From positions 29,840 through 93,839 of the IMG/VR virus record IMGVR_UViG_2595698521_000001: a stretch of DNA of 64,000 nucleotides, one strand, 5' to 3'. Under the pieces are notes generated by a model. That model saw nothing but the letters and a program-made list of their open reading frames with translations. It ran no database searches and was not told the DNA's origin. The stretch's first letter is position 1; the number at the start of each line of letters is the position of its first letter. The position numbers and the translations under genes are program-made. Source of the stretch: a virus. Its lineage: Duplodnaviria > Caudoviricetes. This document shows positions 10,076 through 20,417 of this stretch, piece by piece.

Positions 10076-10618
10076 TTATTTAGTTGTTGCTTTCTTACGT
10101 GTAGCTTTCTTCTTAGTTGCTTTCTTTTTCGGTTTTTCTTCAACCGCTTCTTTTTGATCACCGGAAGTTTCGATTTCTACTCCCTCGGAAGTTTCTTCTT
10201 CGTTAACACTGATTCCATCTCCGGAAAGGTTAACTACTAATTTATCTCCCGCTTTCATGTTAGCACGAATTGAATCTATGTCAATTCCGTCTTCTGAAGC
10301 AGGTAATCCCATACCTACACGAGTGATAATTTGCATAAACTCGGTATCTTCCAAAACTTTCTCCGGAAAATCAAGATTATGCTCAATATGGTTTTTAACG
10401 TATGCTTCTTTACGTGCTAAATCCCATTTCTTCATTAATTCAAATTGTAAGTCGTCTTTCGGGAATGAAACTTTAACCGGAGTTGTTCCGTTTGTCATTC
10501 CGATAGAAACAGCATTAGCTCCTTCATTGAATGTAAACATTTGATATTCTGTTTCATCCAAACCAAAACGATTAATCATAACTTCAGTTGCAATGTCTAA
10601 CATTTGATTCTCTGCCAT
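10076..10618 (-). CDS. Hypothetical protein with a KKAT-repeat basic tail
   Basis: C-terminal KKKATKKKATRKKATTK. Confidence 0.65.
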   Translation of the reverse strand: MAENQMLDIATEVMINRFGLDETEYQMFTFNEGANAVSIGMTNGTTPVKVSFPKDDLQFELMKKWDLARKEAYVKNHIEHNLDFPEKVLEDTEFMQIITRVGMGLPASEDGIDIDSIRANMKAGDKLVVNLSGDGISVNEEETSEGVEIETSGDQKEAVEEKPKKKATKKKATRKKATTK

Positions 10619-10639
10619 TATAGTTTCCCCATTTCTACT

Positions 10640-10834
10640 TTACTTAGTTTTATATTTATTTTCTAAAGCTTCGATTGTATCACTATCAATTAATAGGTAT
10701 CTACTTCTCTCCGCTTCTGTAACCATATCTTTGTAATGCTTTTGACTTACAGTTGCTACATCTCCGGCTTTGCCTACTTTTTCAAGAGCTTTCCAAAGTT
10801 TAAATGCAACTAGTTCCCAGTTAGTAGTTTTCAT
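10640..10834 (-). CDS. Hypothetical protein
   Basis: TAATG coupling to the upstream gene. Confidence 0.6.
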   Translation of the reverse strand: MKTTNWELVAFKLWKALEKVGKAGDVATVSQKHYKDMVTEAERSRYLLIDSDTIEALENKYKTK

Positions 10835-11157
10835 TACTTACCCTCATTTCTCGCAATTGAAGCATTAGCCCAAAATACAGCATTGTCGATATGTTTTAGT
10901 GCTTCTATAAATTCAACACTCCACTCCGGACAAAGCTCTGTAAGCTTCAAAGCAAACTCTTTCCCTGCTTCACGAATTTCACCGTATTTCTCCGGTTGTC
11001 CTTCTTTTGGCGGGTGGTAAGTAAATCTATTTTCAATAATGTTGCGTGTACTAGCTTTTGGGTCAAATCTAAATGTATCATCAGCGATAAGACCTACTGT
11101 AGTGCTTTTTGCGTTTAATGTGTATACTCCATCCTTTTCCATAGTACTAACCTCCAT
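10834..11157 (-). CDS. Acb2/Tad1-hairpin-like protein (candidate immune-signal sponge)
   Basis: NRFTYHPPKEGQPEKY..IRE..KEFAL.L.ELCP...AL.HIDNAVFWANASIARN matches, from memory, the Acb2/Tad1 hairpin family pattern. Confidence 0.6.
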   Translation of the reverse strand: MEVSTMEKDGVYTLNAKSTTVGLIADDTFRFDPKASTRNIIENRFTYHPPKEGQPEKYGEIREAGKEFALKLTELCPEWSVEFIEALKHIDNAVFWANASIARNEGK

Positions 11158-11482
11158 ATTTTGCGTTAATTGTTTCTAATGCTTCCCAAATCTTTTCCGA
11201 AAAGTCGGTGCTTGCGATAGACCATCCTTGACGGATATTACATTCTTTAGCAACTGCGCAATACGCTTCAATTTGCTCCATAGAATATAATCGTTTGCTA
11301 CCGTTACGGAAAATAGCGGGCGGTGTTACTCCGCTACTCTCCCATTTACGGATAGTTTGAGCATCACGAGGGAAGCCCATTTCTGTTAATTCGCTGACTA
11401 ATCTACTAATCGGATATAACACAACTTCCTCCCCGTTAATGTTATATACTCGACCATCCTCTTTTAAAGGCATAAATATCAC
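11147..11482 (-). CDS. MerR-like HTH DNA-binding protein
   Basis: QTIRKWESSG..PP..RNGSKRLYSMEQI. Confidence 0.75.
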   Translation of the reverse strand: MIFMPLKEDGRVYNINGEEVVLYPISRLVSELTEMGFPRDAQTIRKWESSGVTPPAIFRNGSKRLYSMEQIEAYCAVAKECNIRQGWSIASTDFSEKIWEALETINAKYGG

Positions 11483-12054
11483 TCCTGTTCTTGTTGTAGC
11501 TTCTTATCATCAATGTACGCCATTGCATAATTTATGTTGATATCGCATAATTCCTCAAATTCATTCATTGGAATTACTTCGCTTGTAACTAACTGCTCAA
11601 TTGCGCTCTCATCAATTACCTCAATCTTTTCTAATAGATGTGGAGCATGTTCTGCTAAAACATCCAATACCTGCTCGTCCGTAACGTCTGAAGCAATAAC
11701 TTCTTTGTTACTCACTACTTTTTTAAGTAGCTTTTTCTTTTTAAGGTAGGCTTTCGCTCTTTCCTCATTTAAAGTAATTTTCTTACGTGCTTGTCTTTGC
11801 AGGTGAATTTTGTTCCCTTCACTATCAACCGTAGTAAATAGGAAGTGTCCGCTTGTATCCGGCTTGAACGTTTTCTCCATGAAAGTTCCTAATTCATTCT
11901 TTAGTTCTGTTTCACGTCCGCCTAAAAGTTTCAATTGTTGTTTTACACGGTATAGTTCTAATTGCTTGTTCTGCATTTCTGCTACATCAATCTTATCTTC
12001 CTTTTTCTTTTTAGACGTTCCCAGTTTAATTTTCTTGCGCTTGATTACTGCCAT
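11479..12054 (-). CDS. Hypothetical coiled-coil protein
   Basis: Start MAVIKRKK follows the RBS GGAGG; first gene after the promoter near 12125. Confidence 0.65.
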   Translation of the reverse strand: MAVIKRKKIKLGTSKKKKEDKIDVAEMQNKQLELYRVKQQLKLLGGRETELKNELGTFMEKTFKPDTSGHFLFTTVDSEGNKIHLQRQARKKITLNEERAKAYLKKKKLLKKVVSNKEVIASDVTDEQVLDVLAEHAPHLLEKIEVIDESAIEQLVTSEVIPMNEFEELCDININYAMAYIDDKKLQQEQE

Positions 12055-12108
12055 GTTTTTCGTCCCCTCCGAAAAGTTACTTTGTATTAGTAACAATAGA
12101 TTATCATT

Positions 12109-12456
12109 TTAGTTGGTAAAAGTCAAATCATTAATTGGTAATAGTTTTGTGTTTTTGTACGGGTTTCCGAACGTTTCATTCCAATGCTCTTTAGAACAAA
12201 AGTGAAGTTGTCCGTCATATTGGATAATTTCAAACTTGTCTTTGCTAAGATATCCAAGTACCGTTTCGTTCTTTCCTTCTATCATTCCAATAGTAACGAA
12301 TACATGGTTACTAATCTCTTCCGGCAACATTTCTTGACCGAACTCATATACAATTCGATTTATGTCTCGAATCTCTCCTTCTTCCTGTAAAACGAATTGT
12401 ACTCTTTCTGCAATTTTTTCTAAGTATGGTTTCATAATTTCTTGTTTGATTTTCAT
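12109..12456 (-). CDS. Hypothetical protein
   Basis: RBS GGAGGT before MKIKQ. Confidence 0.6.
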   Translation of the reverse strand: MKIKQEIMKPYLEKIAERVQFVLQEEGEIRDINRIVYEFGQEMLPEEISNHVFVTIGMIEGKNETVLGYLSKDKFEIIQYDGQLHFCSKEHWNETFGNPYKNTKLLPINDLTFTN

Positions 12457-12484
12457 TAAAATTACCTCCAATTTTTATACCTGC

Positions 12485-12535
12485 TCAGTATATATTATAT
12501 ATAATTATTATTTATTATTTATAAAGATATACTGA
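12485..12535. repeat. AT-rich element, copy 1 (TCAGTATATATTATATATA...ATATACTGA)
   Basis: The 19-bp core is identical to copies at 33056-33108, 52055-52100 and 63905-63951. Confidence 0.8.
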
Positions 12536-12539
12536 CAGC

Positions 12540-14165
12540 CTACTTTTTAAATTTTCCCCATCCTCTTCTTGGTTGTTTCTTAGTTGGGAGTTTTAGTTCT
12601 TCACCTATTACAGTGAACTTTCTAGTTTTGTAAACTTTGTCTCTTTTCTTCCCGTGATTCTTAGCAACGGAAACATGCGGGAAACGATAGTCATATATCT
12701 TACAATCAGACTTTCCAGTTTTGGTTCTACGACATCTACCGATAGCTTGAATAGTATCTTTCTCATTTGCAACTGTAGACGCTAAGAAACCACGTTCCCA
12801 CGCTTTAACGTTTGTCCCTTCCGTAGCGATTGAATACGTAGCGATTGTAATTAATACTTCTTTATCCTCCGCTCGTTTCTTCATTACTTCTTTAGGAGTT
12901 TTTGAATCTCCATAATACAACTGAATTTGCTCTGCGGGAACACCACGTTTAATTAGTGTTTCTTCTATTACTCTACAATGTTCTTTTTCGTGCGTGAATA
13001 CAATGCAAGACTTACCTTGTTTGTATTCCGCTATTACATCAGTAGTTAGCATTCTGTTAAATCTATCGTTGAAAGAAATTACTTTGCGCACTTCACTAAT
13101 AGTAACGTTCTTAGGATGCACTTTCTTTTTAAATTGGTCAAATATGTCTTCCCCGAAAACTTCCTCAACCTCTTCTTCAGAGAACGGATCACCTTCCATC
13201 ATGCGGTTATATAGTTCATCGTCCCATCCACCGCTATTGTGGAGAATGTCTGATATCTCTGAACGGTACTTTTTCATAACTTCATAGTGTCGCTTGTATT
13301 CCCATTCCATCGGTACGTTTTTAATAACTATTGTTGCCGGAAGAATATCCTCATCATCTTTATCTTCTATGAATTCGAATACTTTCTTTCCGAAATGATG
13401 ATATAGAACTTTTTCAAGTCCATCAGTTCTCATTGCAGTAGCAGTTAACCCTATTTTGAATCGTGCAGGGAAATAGCTTAATGCTTTATAAATGTTAGCG
13501 ACTGAATGGTGAAACTCATCAACTATTATCATGCCGAAGAAGTCTTTAATCTTATCAATCTTTTCCGGAGATAATCGGGACAATGTTTGTATAGTCGTAA
13601 CAGTTATTTGTTTCCCGAATCTGAAGTCTTTACCTTTTATCAATCCGACTTCTTTCGGTTTCATTCCGAAAATAACTTTAGCGTCCTGCGTCCAACCATC
13701 AACTAAGTCATCTTTATGTACAATGACTAATGCTCTTTGTGAGAATTTGCGGGCTAAGTACAGTCCTAATATTGATTTTCCTTTACCCGTTGGTAAAATA
13801 ATTACTCCATTCTCATCTTTGTCTTCCAAATATGCTTTCAAGTATGCTTCAGACGCTTGTTTTTGGGTATCACGCAATTCTATCCGCAATTTCGGATATT
13901 CTACTCCATAATTGATTAACCGCTCATCTGACGTAACTTCATAAGGGAAAGGTATCGTGTAACTTCTTGGAACTAATACTCTTCCTCCAATACCTTCTTC
14001 ATAGTACTGAATATAAGGTGGTATCTTGCCTACCCCATATCTACTATGACGTTTAGCACTTTTATATGCGGGATTATCAAATGTTAGGTCTTCTTTAATT
14101 GCCACTAATTCATCCTCGGTACAGTTAGATATAATTTTTACTCCGCTAAGTTCTACTTTTATCAA
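12540..14165 (-). CDS. Superfamily 2 DExH helicase
   Basis: LPTGKGKS, IIVDEFHH, GLTAT, ATEGTN and QAIGRCRR; likely TTG start at 14165 after AAGGAGG. Confidence 0.92.
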   Translation of the reverse strand: MIKVELSGVKIISNCTEDELVAIKEDLTFDNPAYKSAKRHSRYGVGKIPPYIQYYEEGIGGRVLVPRSYTIPFPYEVTSDERLINYGVEYPKLRIELRDTQKQASEAYLKAYLEDKDENGVIILPTGKGKSILGLYLARKFSQRALVIVHKDDLVDGWTQDAKVIFGMKPKEVGLIKGKDFRFGKQITVTTIQTLSRLSPEKIDKIKDFFGMIIVDEFHHSVANIYKALSYFPARFKIGLTATAMRTDGLEKVLYHHFGKKVFEFIEDKDDEDILPATIVIKNVPMEWEYKRHYEVMKKYRSEISDILHNSGGWDDELYNRMMEGDPFSEEEVEEVFGEDIFDQFKKKVHPKNVTISEVRKVISFNDRFNRMLTTDVIAEYKQGKSCIVFTHEKEHCRVIEETLIKRGVPAEQIQLYYGDSKTPKEVMKKRAEDKEVLITIATYSIATEGTNVKAWERGFLASTVANEKDTIQAIGRCRRTKTGKSDCKIYDYRFPHVSVAKNHGKKRDKVYKTRKFTVIGEELKLPTKKQPRRGWGKFKK

Positions 14166-14340
14166 GTAAAATCCCTCCTTATAATAACTATTACCAATTG
14201 TACCGTAATTTGGGCAAAAGGAAAAGCCTACTCTATTGAGTAGACTTGTCATTGTGTATGTCGATTACTATTCTAGCGACTACGATAAATAGGACTATGA
14301 TATTTGCGATTTGAATATTCATTTCCATAGTTTAACCTAT

Positions 14341-14568
14341 TTACTTTTGGTCGTCCTTGAACCATTTATTTTCTGTTGTTGGGTCATTGACTAAACCGAA
14401 ATAAGTAGCTAAGACTAGAACTGAATCGACTAGTGCAAGAATTTCCCCGCGAATTTGTTCTGTTATCTCTATGCCGAACAAATGAAGAGCTAATTGTGCA
14501 ACAAGGATTATTTGTGCTGTGATAGCCATTAGCAATCCTTTGTTTCTGAAACGAGCTTTATTAAACAT
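14341..14568 (-). CDS. Holin
   Basis: Two hydrophobic segments, RFRNK N-terminus and GLVNDPTT motif; lies in the lysis cassette. Confidence 0.8.
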   Translation of the reverse strand: MFNKARFRNKGLLMAITAQIILVAQLALHLFGIEITEQIRGEILALVDSVLVLATYFGLVNDPTTENKWFKDDQK

Positions 14569-14569
14569 A

Positions 14570-14830
14570 TTAATTCGCCCCTCCCAATTTGTTATTAATC
14601 GAAGCAATATCCTTTTGGATACCGTCAATACTTGTAGTCATTTCTTGAATAACTGCAATGTACTTTTCTTCTCTCTCGATGTATTTATCTTCACGAGCCT
14701 TTGATTCCGCTAAATACGAGTCTTCCCTTTGGCGTGAAGATTTTTGTTGCTCCCTGCTGTCCCAAATGACGTAAACAACAAGGGCTACGAATAGCCCATA
14801 CTGCTTCGCAATCTCGAATAAGAATTCCAT
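14570..14830 (-). CDS. BhlA/UviB-like holin
   Basis: QYGLFVALVVYVIWDSRE..REDKY: an N-terminal TM segment followed by a coiled coil. Confidence 0.75.
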   Translation of the reverse strand: MEFLFEIAKQYGLFVALVVYVIWDSREQQKSSRQREDSYLAESKAREDKYIEREEKYIAVIQEMTTSIDGIQKDIASINNKLGGAN

Positions 14831-14848
14831 CCCGACACCTCGCTCCCC

Positions 14849-15562
14849 CTATTTAGTGAAAGCAGAGATAAAAGTATCGCTGTAGCCTTTTGCTTTAAGT
14901 TCTGCAACTAAAGCTTCAGCATTGCTTTTATCTTTGTAAGATGCAACTACTACACGGTAGAATACTTCACCTTCTCCACCGCCAGTTGTTGGTGGTTGTA
15001 CAACTTGCTTACGTGTTAAGCCCATTGCGTCTGCGATACCTTCAGCATATGCATGAGACATTTCACGAACGAATGCTTCATTTTTAAGCAAGTTAGAATC
15101 AGCAGTATCAATGAATGCCATCTCAGTTAAAACAGCGTCCATTGCAGTTTCACGTAAAACGTGTAAGTCCTGCTTCTTCATACCACGGTCACGTAATCCG
15201 TATTTGTTCAATACTGGAACTACTTTCGCATGGATTTTCTTTTGTTTCTGTGCGCCTGTTGAAGCGTCAGAAAGTCCGCTATAGATAAAGTCTTCATATC
15301 CTGTTCCACCACCGGAGTTGATGTGAGCAGAGAAGAAGAAGTCCACTCCTAAACGGTTAGCTTGGTTTGTTCGGTCTGATAATGTAGGGAACACGTCACT
15401 AGTACGAGTCATCGTAATTTCAATACCGTCAAAGTTAGCTAGTAAGTAGTCACGAACTTGGAATCCGATGTTTAATGTTAATACTTTTTCAAGTAAACCA
15501 TTTCCTACTGCACCGGAATCTGTTCCACCATGACCTGGATCAATTAGCAATTTTTTAACCAT
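14849..15562 (-). CDS. Endolysin: N-acetylmuramoyl-L-alanine amidase (Amidase_3) plus SPOR domain
   Basis: IDPGHGG.DSGA, LEK, SAHINSGGG.G.E, LTEMAFID and C-terminal YRVVVASYKDKSNA. Confidence 0.93.
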   Translation of the reverse strand: MVKKLLIDPGHGGTDSGAVGNGLLEKVLTLNIGFQVRDYLLANFDGIEITMTRTSDVFPTLSDRTNQANRLGVDFFFSAHINSGGGTGYEDFIYSGLSDASTGAQKQKKIHAKVVPVLNKYGLRDRGMKKQDLHVLRETAMDAVLTEMAFIDTADSNLLKNEAFVREMSHAYAEGIADAMGLTRKQVVQPPTTGGGEGEVFYRVVVASYKDKSNAEALVAELKAKGYSDTFISAFTK

Positions 15563-15664
15563 TATAATTCCTCCCTCTTTTGTATTCCCTATTATGATAC
15601 TGGAAAACATTGCAGATTTCTACACTCTTGACAAAATAAAAGGACACGCAAGGTGTCCAATTCA

Positions 15665-15970
15665 TTAAATATTTGTCGCTTCGCAAAATTCCGGATGCTT
15701 TTCCTTTAAATATACGTAGCATTGTTTTAGATGGTTTACATCTTCGTCACTCACCGTAGCAGAGCAGAAGTACTTCTCATAGTCCAGTGGTGAAACATTT
15801 ACCTTTCTCATCTCTAAAGGAGTGCTTCCATTCTTTCGTGCGTTCTCATCAACATAACCACCTAATGTAATGATTACAATATGACGGTTAAAGTCGATTT
15901 GCATATTTGATACTTTCCAGTAATGGACGTTTACTCCGTAACTAGTTTCCATTTCATTTTTTAATGCCAT
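15665..15970 (-). CDS. Hypothetical protein next to the tail fibre
   Basis: Starts 2 bp after the fibre stop codon. Confidence 0.6.
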   Translation of the reverse strand: MALKNEMETSYGVNVHYWKVSNMQIDFNRHIVIITLGGYVDENARKNGSTPLEMRKVNVSPLDYEKYFCSATVSDEDVNHLKQCYVYLKEKHPEFCEATNI

Positions 15971-15972
15971 GC

Positions 15973-18900
15973 TTAATTGCTCCCTTCTAATTTAGCTAAT
16001 CTTTCTAGTACTTCAGCTAATGTATTCTTTAATTCCGCATTTTCTGTTTCAAGTGCGTCAATTCTTTCTTCTTGCGCTTCAGTTTTTTCGATGTTGTGTT
16101 TTGTACCGGAAGCAACAAGGGAAGCGAATGAGTAGATATCTACCGATGGGTTCGTATCAAATGTTTCTCCATCCTTATCTAATACGAAGAATGGTAGTTC
16201 ATCTGCCATCGTTCCTAACTTCATTTCGTTCTCGCTGTTTTCTCGGTCTGTGTAGTGGTAAGTGTAAATGCTTAGGTCTTTCAGAGCATTATAACCCATT
16301 TCATCATCGTACACTTGGATATCGCCCTTAATCTTTCTATCAGACGCTTGAATCCATCCCGCAGAAGTGTATCCTTTGTAGAACTTGAAGTCATTCGTCC
16401 CTACAAATCCATAACCCGAACGTGGATAAGGCATAATTGTAGGCTCTTTACCTTCAGTTCCCACACCATTACTGTTAAATGTAATGTAGTTATCATACAC
16501 AACGTTATTAATCATGAAGTCTAAAGAGTTACCTTGCATACGATGCGTAGTGTTCTCTTTCTCACGACCAATCCATACTTGACCTTCCATCGAAATTTTC
16601 CCGAAATCATTTCCGTAGTTGATAACAAGACCGGGACCATATGTTGTTCCTACCATAGCACGTTTACCGCCTAAAGTAGTTAAGTCATACGTTCCTCTTA
16701 CTTCCCATGAACCCCAGTGAGATTTAAGAGTTACAGGGTCGCCCGCATAAGATAAGATTCCGTCATCTCGTAATTGCAGGTATTTTCCGGATTTAGTATT
16801 GGTAATGTAAGCATCACTTGCTCCTACTCCCATTAACATACTCTTATCGGTAGTTCCACCTCTAATGTAGTTACCCCAAACTGTTCCGTTGTCTTGGAAT
16901 TGTATAGAGTTACCTACATCCCAATCTTGTGCGTTTACAGATTTCGAAGGGACTAATGAAATTGCTTGCGTAGAAGGGTCATTCCATAATGTCCATGACT
17001 TCTTATTCTGTACTTTAGAAATTAACGGATAAGCATGATTAACTGTAAGACTTCCCGTGAAAGTATCACCTTTTACGAATGCATAAACGCTATCGTGGTT
17101 GTGATTTGCTTCTGCTTTAGATGTTTTCAATCCTTCAGCAGTATCAAATACTCGCTTCAATGCGTTTGCAGTTGGTGCTTGTGTTACCGATGTACTATTT
17201 GAAGCATCCGTTAACTGTACAATACCCGGATTTCCTGTTGCCGCAGTCGGTAAGTTCTGCCATGTATTATCATTTCGTAAGAAGCGATATCCGTTTGCAG
17301 TCTCCGTATTCGGAACATGGTTTCCGTGAGAAGCTTTCGCATAAACTGTATCATGATTGTGGTCACTTCTTGCTACTTGTGTAGCACTACCATTTCCTCC
17401 GAAGTTTACGGATAGAGTTGTATCTGTTCCGATGTTACTTCCACCTAATAATCCTGCTCCGGAATTAATTTTTACATTGTATCCGGCATATTTAGCAGAA
17501 AGGTTTGTTCCTCCCTCACTAATATTACCTGGTACAAGTAAGTTACCCGAACGGTTAAATACCATTTCTTTTCTATCTTCCCATGCAGTATTAACATTTG
17601 CTAAGAAATAGATATCAGCATCCGCAGTTACAAACATATTTTCAGCAGAGGTAGCTACGTTAGGAGCAACAGTAGCAAGCGCACCTTCACCTGCTCCGAT
17701 GATTACTGGACCGCCACCTTCGATTACTAATTTCATTCCGTATTGGTCTGCATCAGAAGCTTGTATTACTTTACGTTTATACCATTTAGTTGCTCCTGTA
17801 GCATCTTGATACGATTTGTTAATAGATATTCCCGCATCCTGCATAGTTAGGTCGCCCGTCATTGTGTCTCCTGCACGAGTAACTTGTTTTGCTAATTCAG
17901 TAGCAAGGATTTCATCATCCGTAAGTCTCTTCCATGCGCTCCATGAAGTTCTATTCCAAGCAGAGCGTACAAATACTTGAGCACCTGTATGTGAAGTGTA
18001 GCGTTGGAATAAGTGTCTATCTTCACTAGTATTTCTGTATACTTCTAATGTACCGTAAGGGTAACAGTTAGGTGGTGTAGAAGCGTGTCGAGTACCTGTA
18101 GCATCAGAAACGTTATAGTTACCTGTAGTAATAATTGCGTTCCAATCACTTTGTACAGTAGTACTTGCAGTTTGTTCTCGGACTATATTCCACCCCGCAT
18201 GAATTACATCCCACGTATTGTCGATTTTTACAGGACCATTAATATTAACTCCGTTTTTAAAATCTTTACCGTAGTTAAGGTGGAGTTTGTCTTCCCCAGT
18301 AGTTGGCATACCTACTACTGCTCGTTTGTCCCAAACTAGTAAATCTTGCCCTCCGTTTGTTCTCCACTGTCCCCAATCTTTATGAATGCTTGGTTTATCT
18401 GCATGGTCTTTAAAAGTCTTCGTGTCTACTACTTCATCAAGGAAAGCTAGTTTTCTTTTCGCATTCCATGTTGCACCATCAAATGCTCCTTGTTGTAAAT
18501 ATACTCCCTCTTGTGACTTATCAAGTAAGAGCATGTTTATTTTCCCGCCCGATTGGTCTTGGTAAGTAGAGAATACCATTGCATCTGCATACGGACTATT
18601 TGCTACGTTGTTTAATCCCGTAAATAGGAATTGTACTTCTTTATACTTAGTAGGAGCGGTAGCACCAAACTGGGTAGGAGTAGTAGTTCTTACATCTCCC
18701 GCTTGTACACTATAGATTGTGTTACCACTTGCAGTATAAGCAGTATCATGATTATGGTTTAATGATGCTTTGTTGTTTAGTGCTGATTGTAGTCCAGTGA
18801 TATTGTCGATAGTATGCGCATGACTATTATCAGCAATTTCTACTGTACCGTCTGTTTGGATAACTAAATCTCTTCCGCTCTTAATACCACCCAATACTGA

Positions 18901-20352
18901 AGCAGTAGCAATTGGAAGTGAGTAGTTACTTAATCCGGCAAGTTTATTCTTTTCAGCAGTTGTATAATCATTTGTTGAAAGTCCTTTACCTGCAACTTTA
19001 TCCACTTTGTTATCAAGTGAAGTCATGATTGCGCCTACTGCTGATTCATTGTTTCCTAATTGCTCGGTAATCTCCTTAATCGTGTTAAGAAGCTCTTGAT
19101 TCATACCTAAAACTTCATTGATTTTCGTATCAGTTTCCGTTTTAGAATATGTTGTACTTCTGTCCGCTTTTGCATTCCAAGCTGTTCTTTCCGCAGAAGT
19201 TATATGACGTACATTGTCGTCAGTGTGTACCTTAATTTTTCGATCAACCTCTGCCGAAGTTTCAAGTGGAGTCCATGCTTGCCAAGCTTTAGTATCTCCA
19301 TTGTATGTGCGAATTTGAATCGTATCTTTCGCTTTCTCATGGTAGATTTGGAAGTTTCGGTGTTCTGAATCCATAAACGTAATAACTTCCCCGAATGGAG
19401 AAGGGAATCCAGTTTCTTGTCCACCTAATGCTTGGAAGCTAATCCCTTGCGGATACGTAGTAATAGAATCTGCTCCGTTCTTCCCAGTAATCATAGGTCT
19501 AATACCATTAGTTACAGTTAGTTTCCCCGTAATAGTACTATCTCCCGTTTTAGGTATAGAAGCGTTCTTTGCGTTTGTTTCCGCTTGGTTTGCTTTTGAT
19601 TGCGCACCTTCCGGAGTTTCTTTCGCATTCCATGCTGTACGCTCTGCTGAAGTAACGTGTTTTACTGTATCACTGTTATGTGTGTTAAATTTCTTTAACA
19701 CGTCATTTACTGCTCCAACCATAGTTCCTTTTTCGTCAGTCATTAAATCAGATAACAAACCATTATAGCGGTTAATGATATCAACAACTTCGATTTGAGA
19801 AGCTGTATCTTCATAAGTACTTGGTGTAACTGTTAGACTTCCCGCTGTTCCCGCAATTTTACATAGTTCAATGTAATTACCGCTAACAGGTTTTGTTGTA
19901 GTAAGTGTGTATGTAAGCTGAATTCTTCGGCTCGATTCTTCACCTATACGTGGGTCTAAAATGTTGTTTACTTCCTCATTAGTAGTATGAGTATTTCCGT
20001 CTTTCTTAATTTTAGAACCCGCAGTAATTTCTATCTCATTTGTCGCTACATAAACAGTATTCCCCGTTGCTACTGTTAGGACAACATTTTCAATATTGAT
20101 AATGTCACCATTAACAACTACTGTTTTGTCTTTAACTGTTAAGCTTGCTCCGCTAACAGTCATAGTGCCACCTTTTAAAGCTCTGTCTCCGAATGATGCT
20201 CTAGTTACAGCTCGGATTTTTTCTAATGCTATTTTCTGCATTTCGTTTAGCTCTACTTCGAGTAAATGTCCGTCTTGTCCGAATTTTACTTGCGTAAAAG
20301 CTTTCTCTTTCTTGAACTTATCCGGTACAGAAAAGTCAACCGTGTGTGGCAT
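15973..20352 (-). CDS. Tail fibre with C-terminal S74 intramolecular chaperone
   Basis: 1459 aa; ELNEMQ anchor region, HxH repeats, duplicated H(V/I)TSAERTAWNAK, and SDRKIKGDI followed by a coiled coil. Confidence 0.88.
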   Translation of the reverse strand: MPHTVDFSVPDKFKKEKAFTQVKFGQDGHLLEVELNEMQKIALEKIRAVTRASFGDRALKGGTMTVSGASLTVKDKTVVVNGDIINIENVVLTVATGNTVYVATNEIEITAGSKIKKDGNTHTTNEEVNNILDPRIGEESSRRIQLTYTLTTTKPVSGNYIELCKIAGTAGSLTVTPSTYEDTASQIEVVDIINRYNGLLSDLMTDEKGTMVGAVNDVLKKFNTHNSDTVKHVTSAERTAWNAKETPEGAQSKANQAETNAKNASIPKTGDSTITGKLTVTNGIRPMITGKNGADSITTYPQGISFQALGGQETGFPSPFGEVITFMDSEHRNFQIYHEKAKDTIQIRTYNGDTKAWQAWTPLETSAEVDRKIKVHTDDNVRHITSAERTAWNAKADRSTTYSKTETDTKINEVLGMNQELLNTIKEITEQLGNNESAVGAIMTSLDNKVDKVAGKGLSTNDYTTAEKNKLAGLSNYSLPIATASVLGGIKSGRDLVIQTDGTVEIADNSHAHTIDNITGLQSALNNKASLNHNHDTAYTASGNTIYSVQAGDVRTTTPTQFGATAPTKYKEVQFLFTGLNNVANSPYADAMVFSTYQDQSGGKINMLLLDKSQEGVYLQQGAFDGATWNAKRKLAFLDEVVDTKTFKDHADKPSIHKDWGQWRTNGGQDLLVWDKRAVVGMPTTGEDKLHLNYGKDFKNGVNINGPVKIDNTWDVIHAGWNIVREQTASTTVQSDWNAIITTGNYNVSDATGTRHASTPPNCYPYGTLEVYRNTSEDRHLFQRYTSHTGAQVFVRSAWNRTSWSAWKRLTDDEILATELAKQVTRAGDTMTGDLTMQDAGISINKSYQDATGATKWYKRKVIQASDADQYGMKLVIEGGGPVIIGAGEGALATVAPNVATSAENMFVTADADIYFLANVNTAWEDRKEMVFNRSGNLLVPGNISEGGTNLSAKYAGYNVKINSGAGLLGGSNIGTDTTLSVNFGGNGSATQVARSDHNHDTVYAKASHGNHVPNTETANGYRFLRNDNTWQNLPTAATGNPGIVQLTDASNSTSVTQAPTANALKRVFDTAEGLKTSKAEANHNHDSVYAFVKGDTFTGSLTVNHAYPLISKVQNKKSWTLWNDPSTQAISLVPSKSVNAQDWDVGNSIQFQDNGTVWGNYIRGGTTDKSMLMGVGASDAYITNTKSGKYLQLRDDGILSYAGDPVTLKSHWGSWEVRGTYDLTTLGGKRAMVGTTYGPGLVINYGNDFGKISMEGQVWIGREKENTTHRMQGNSLDFMINNVVYDNYITFNSNGVGTEGKEPTIMPYPRSGYGFVGTNDFKFYKGYTSAGWIQASDRKIKGDIQVYDDEMGYNALKDLSIYTYHYTDRENSENEMKLGTMADELPFFVLDKDGETFDTNPSVDIYSFASLVASGTKHNIEKTEAQEERIDALETENAELKNTLAEVLERLAKLEGSN

Positions 20353-20417
20353 AATATCACTCCTTTATTGGTAAAAGTAAAAAGAAAAGGTAAAAGACAA
20401 AGCTTTTACCATATTAA

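Noticed and set aside
15973-20352. DGR or invertase-driven fibre variation
   Set aside because: No reverse transcriptase, recombinase or template repeat is visible; the internal duplications are ordinary fibre repeats.
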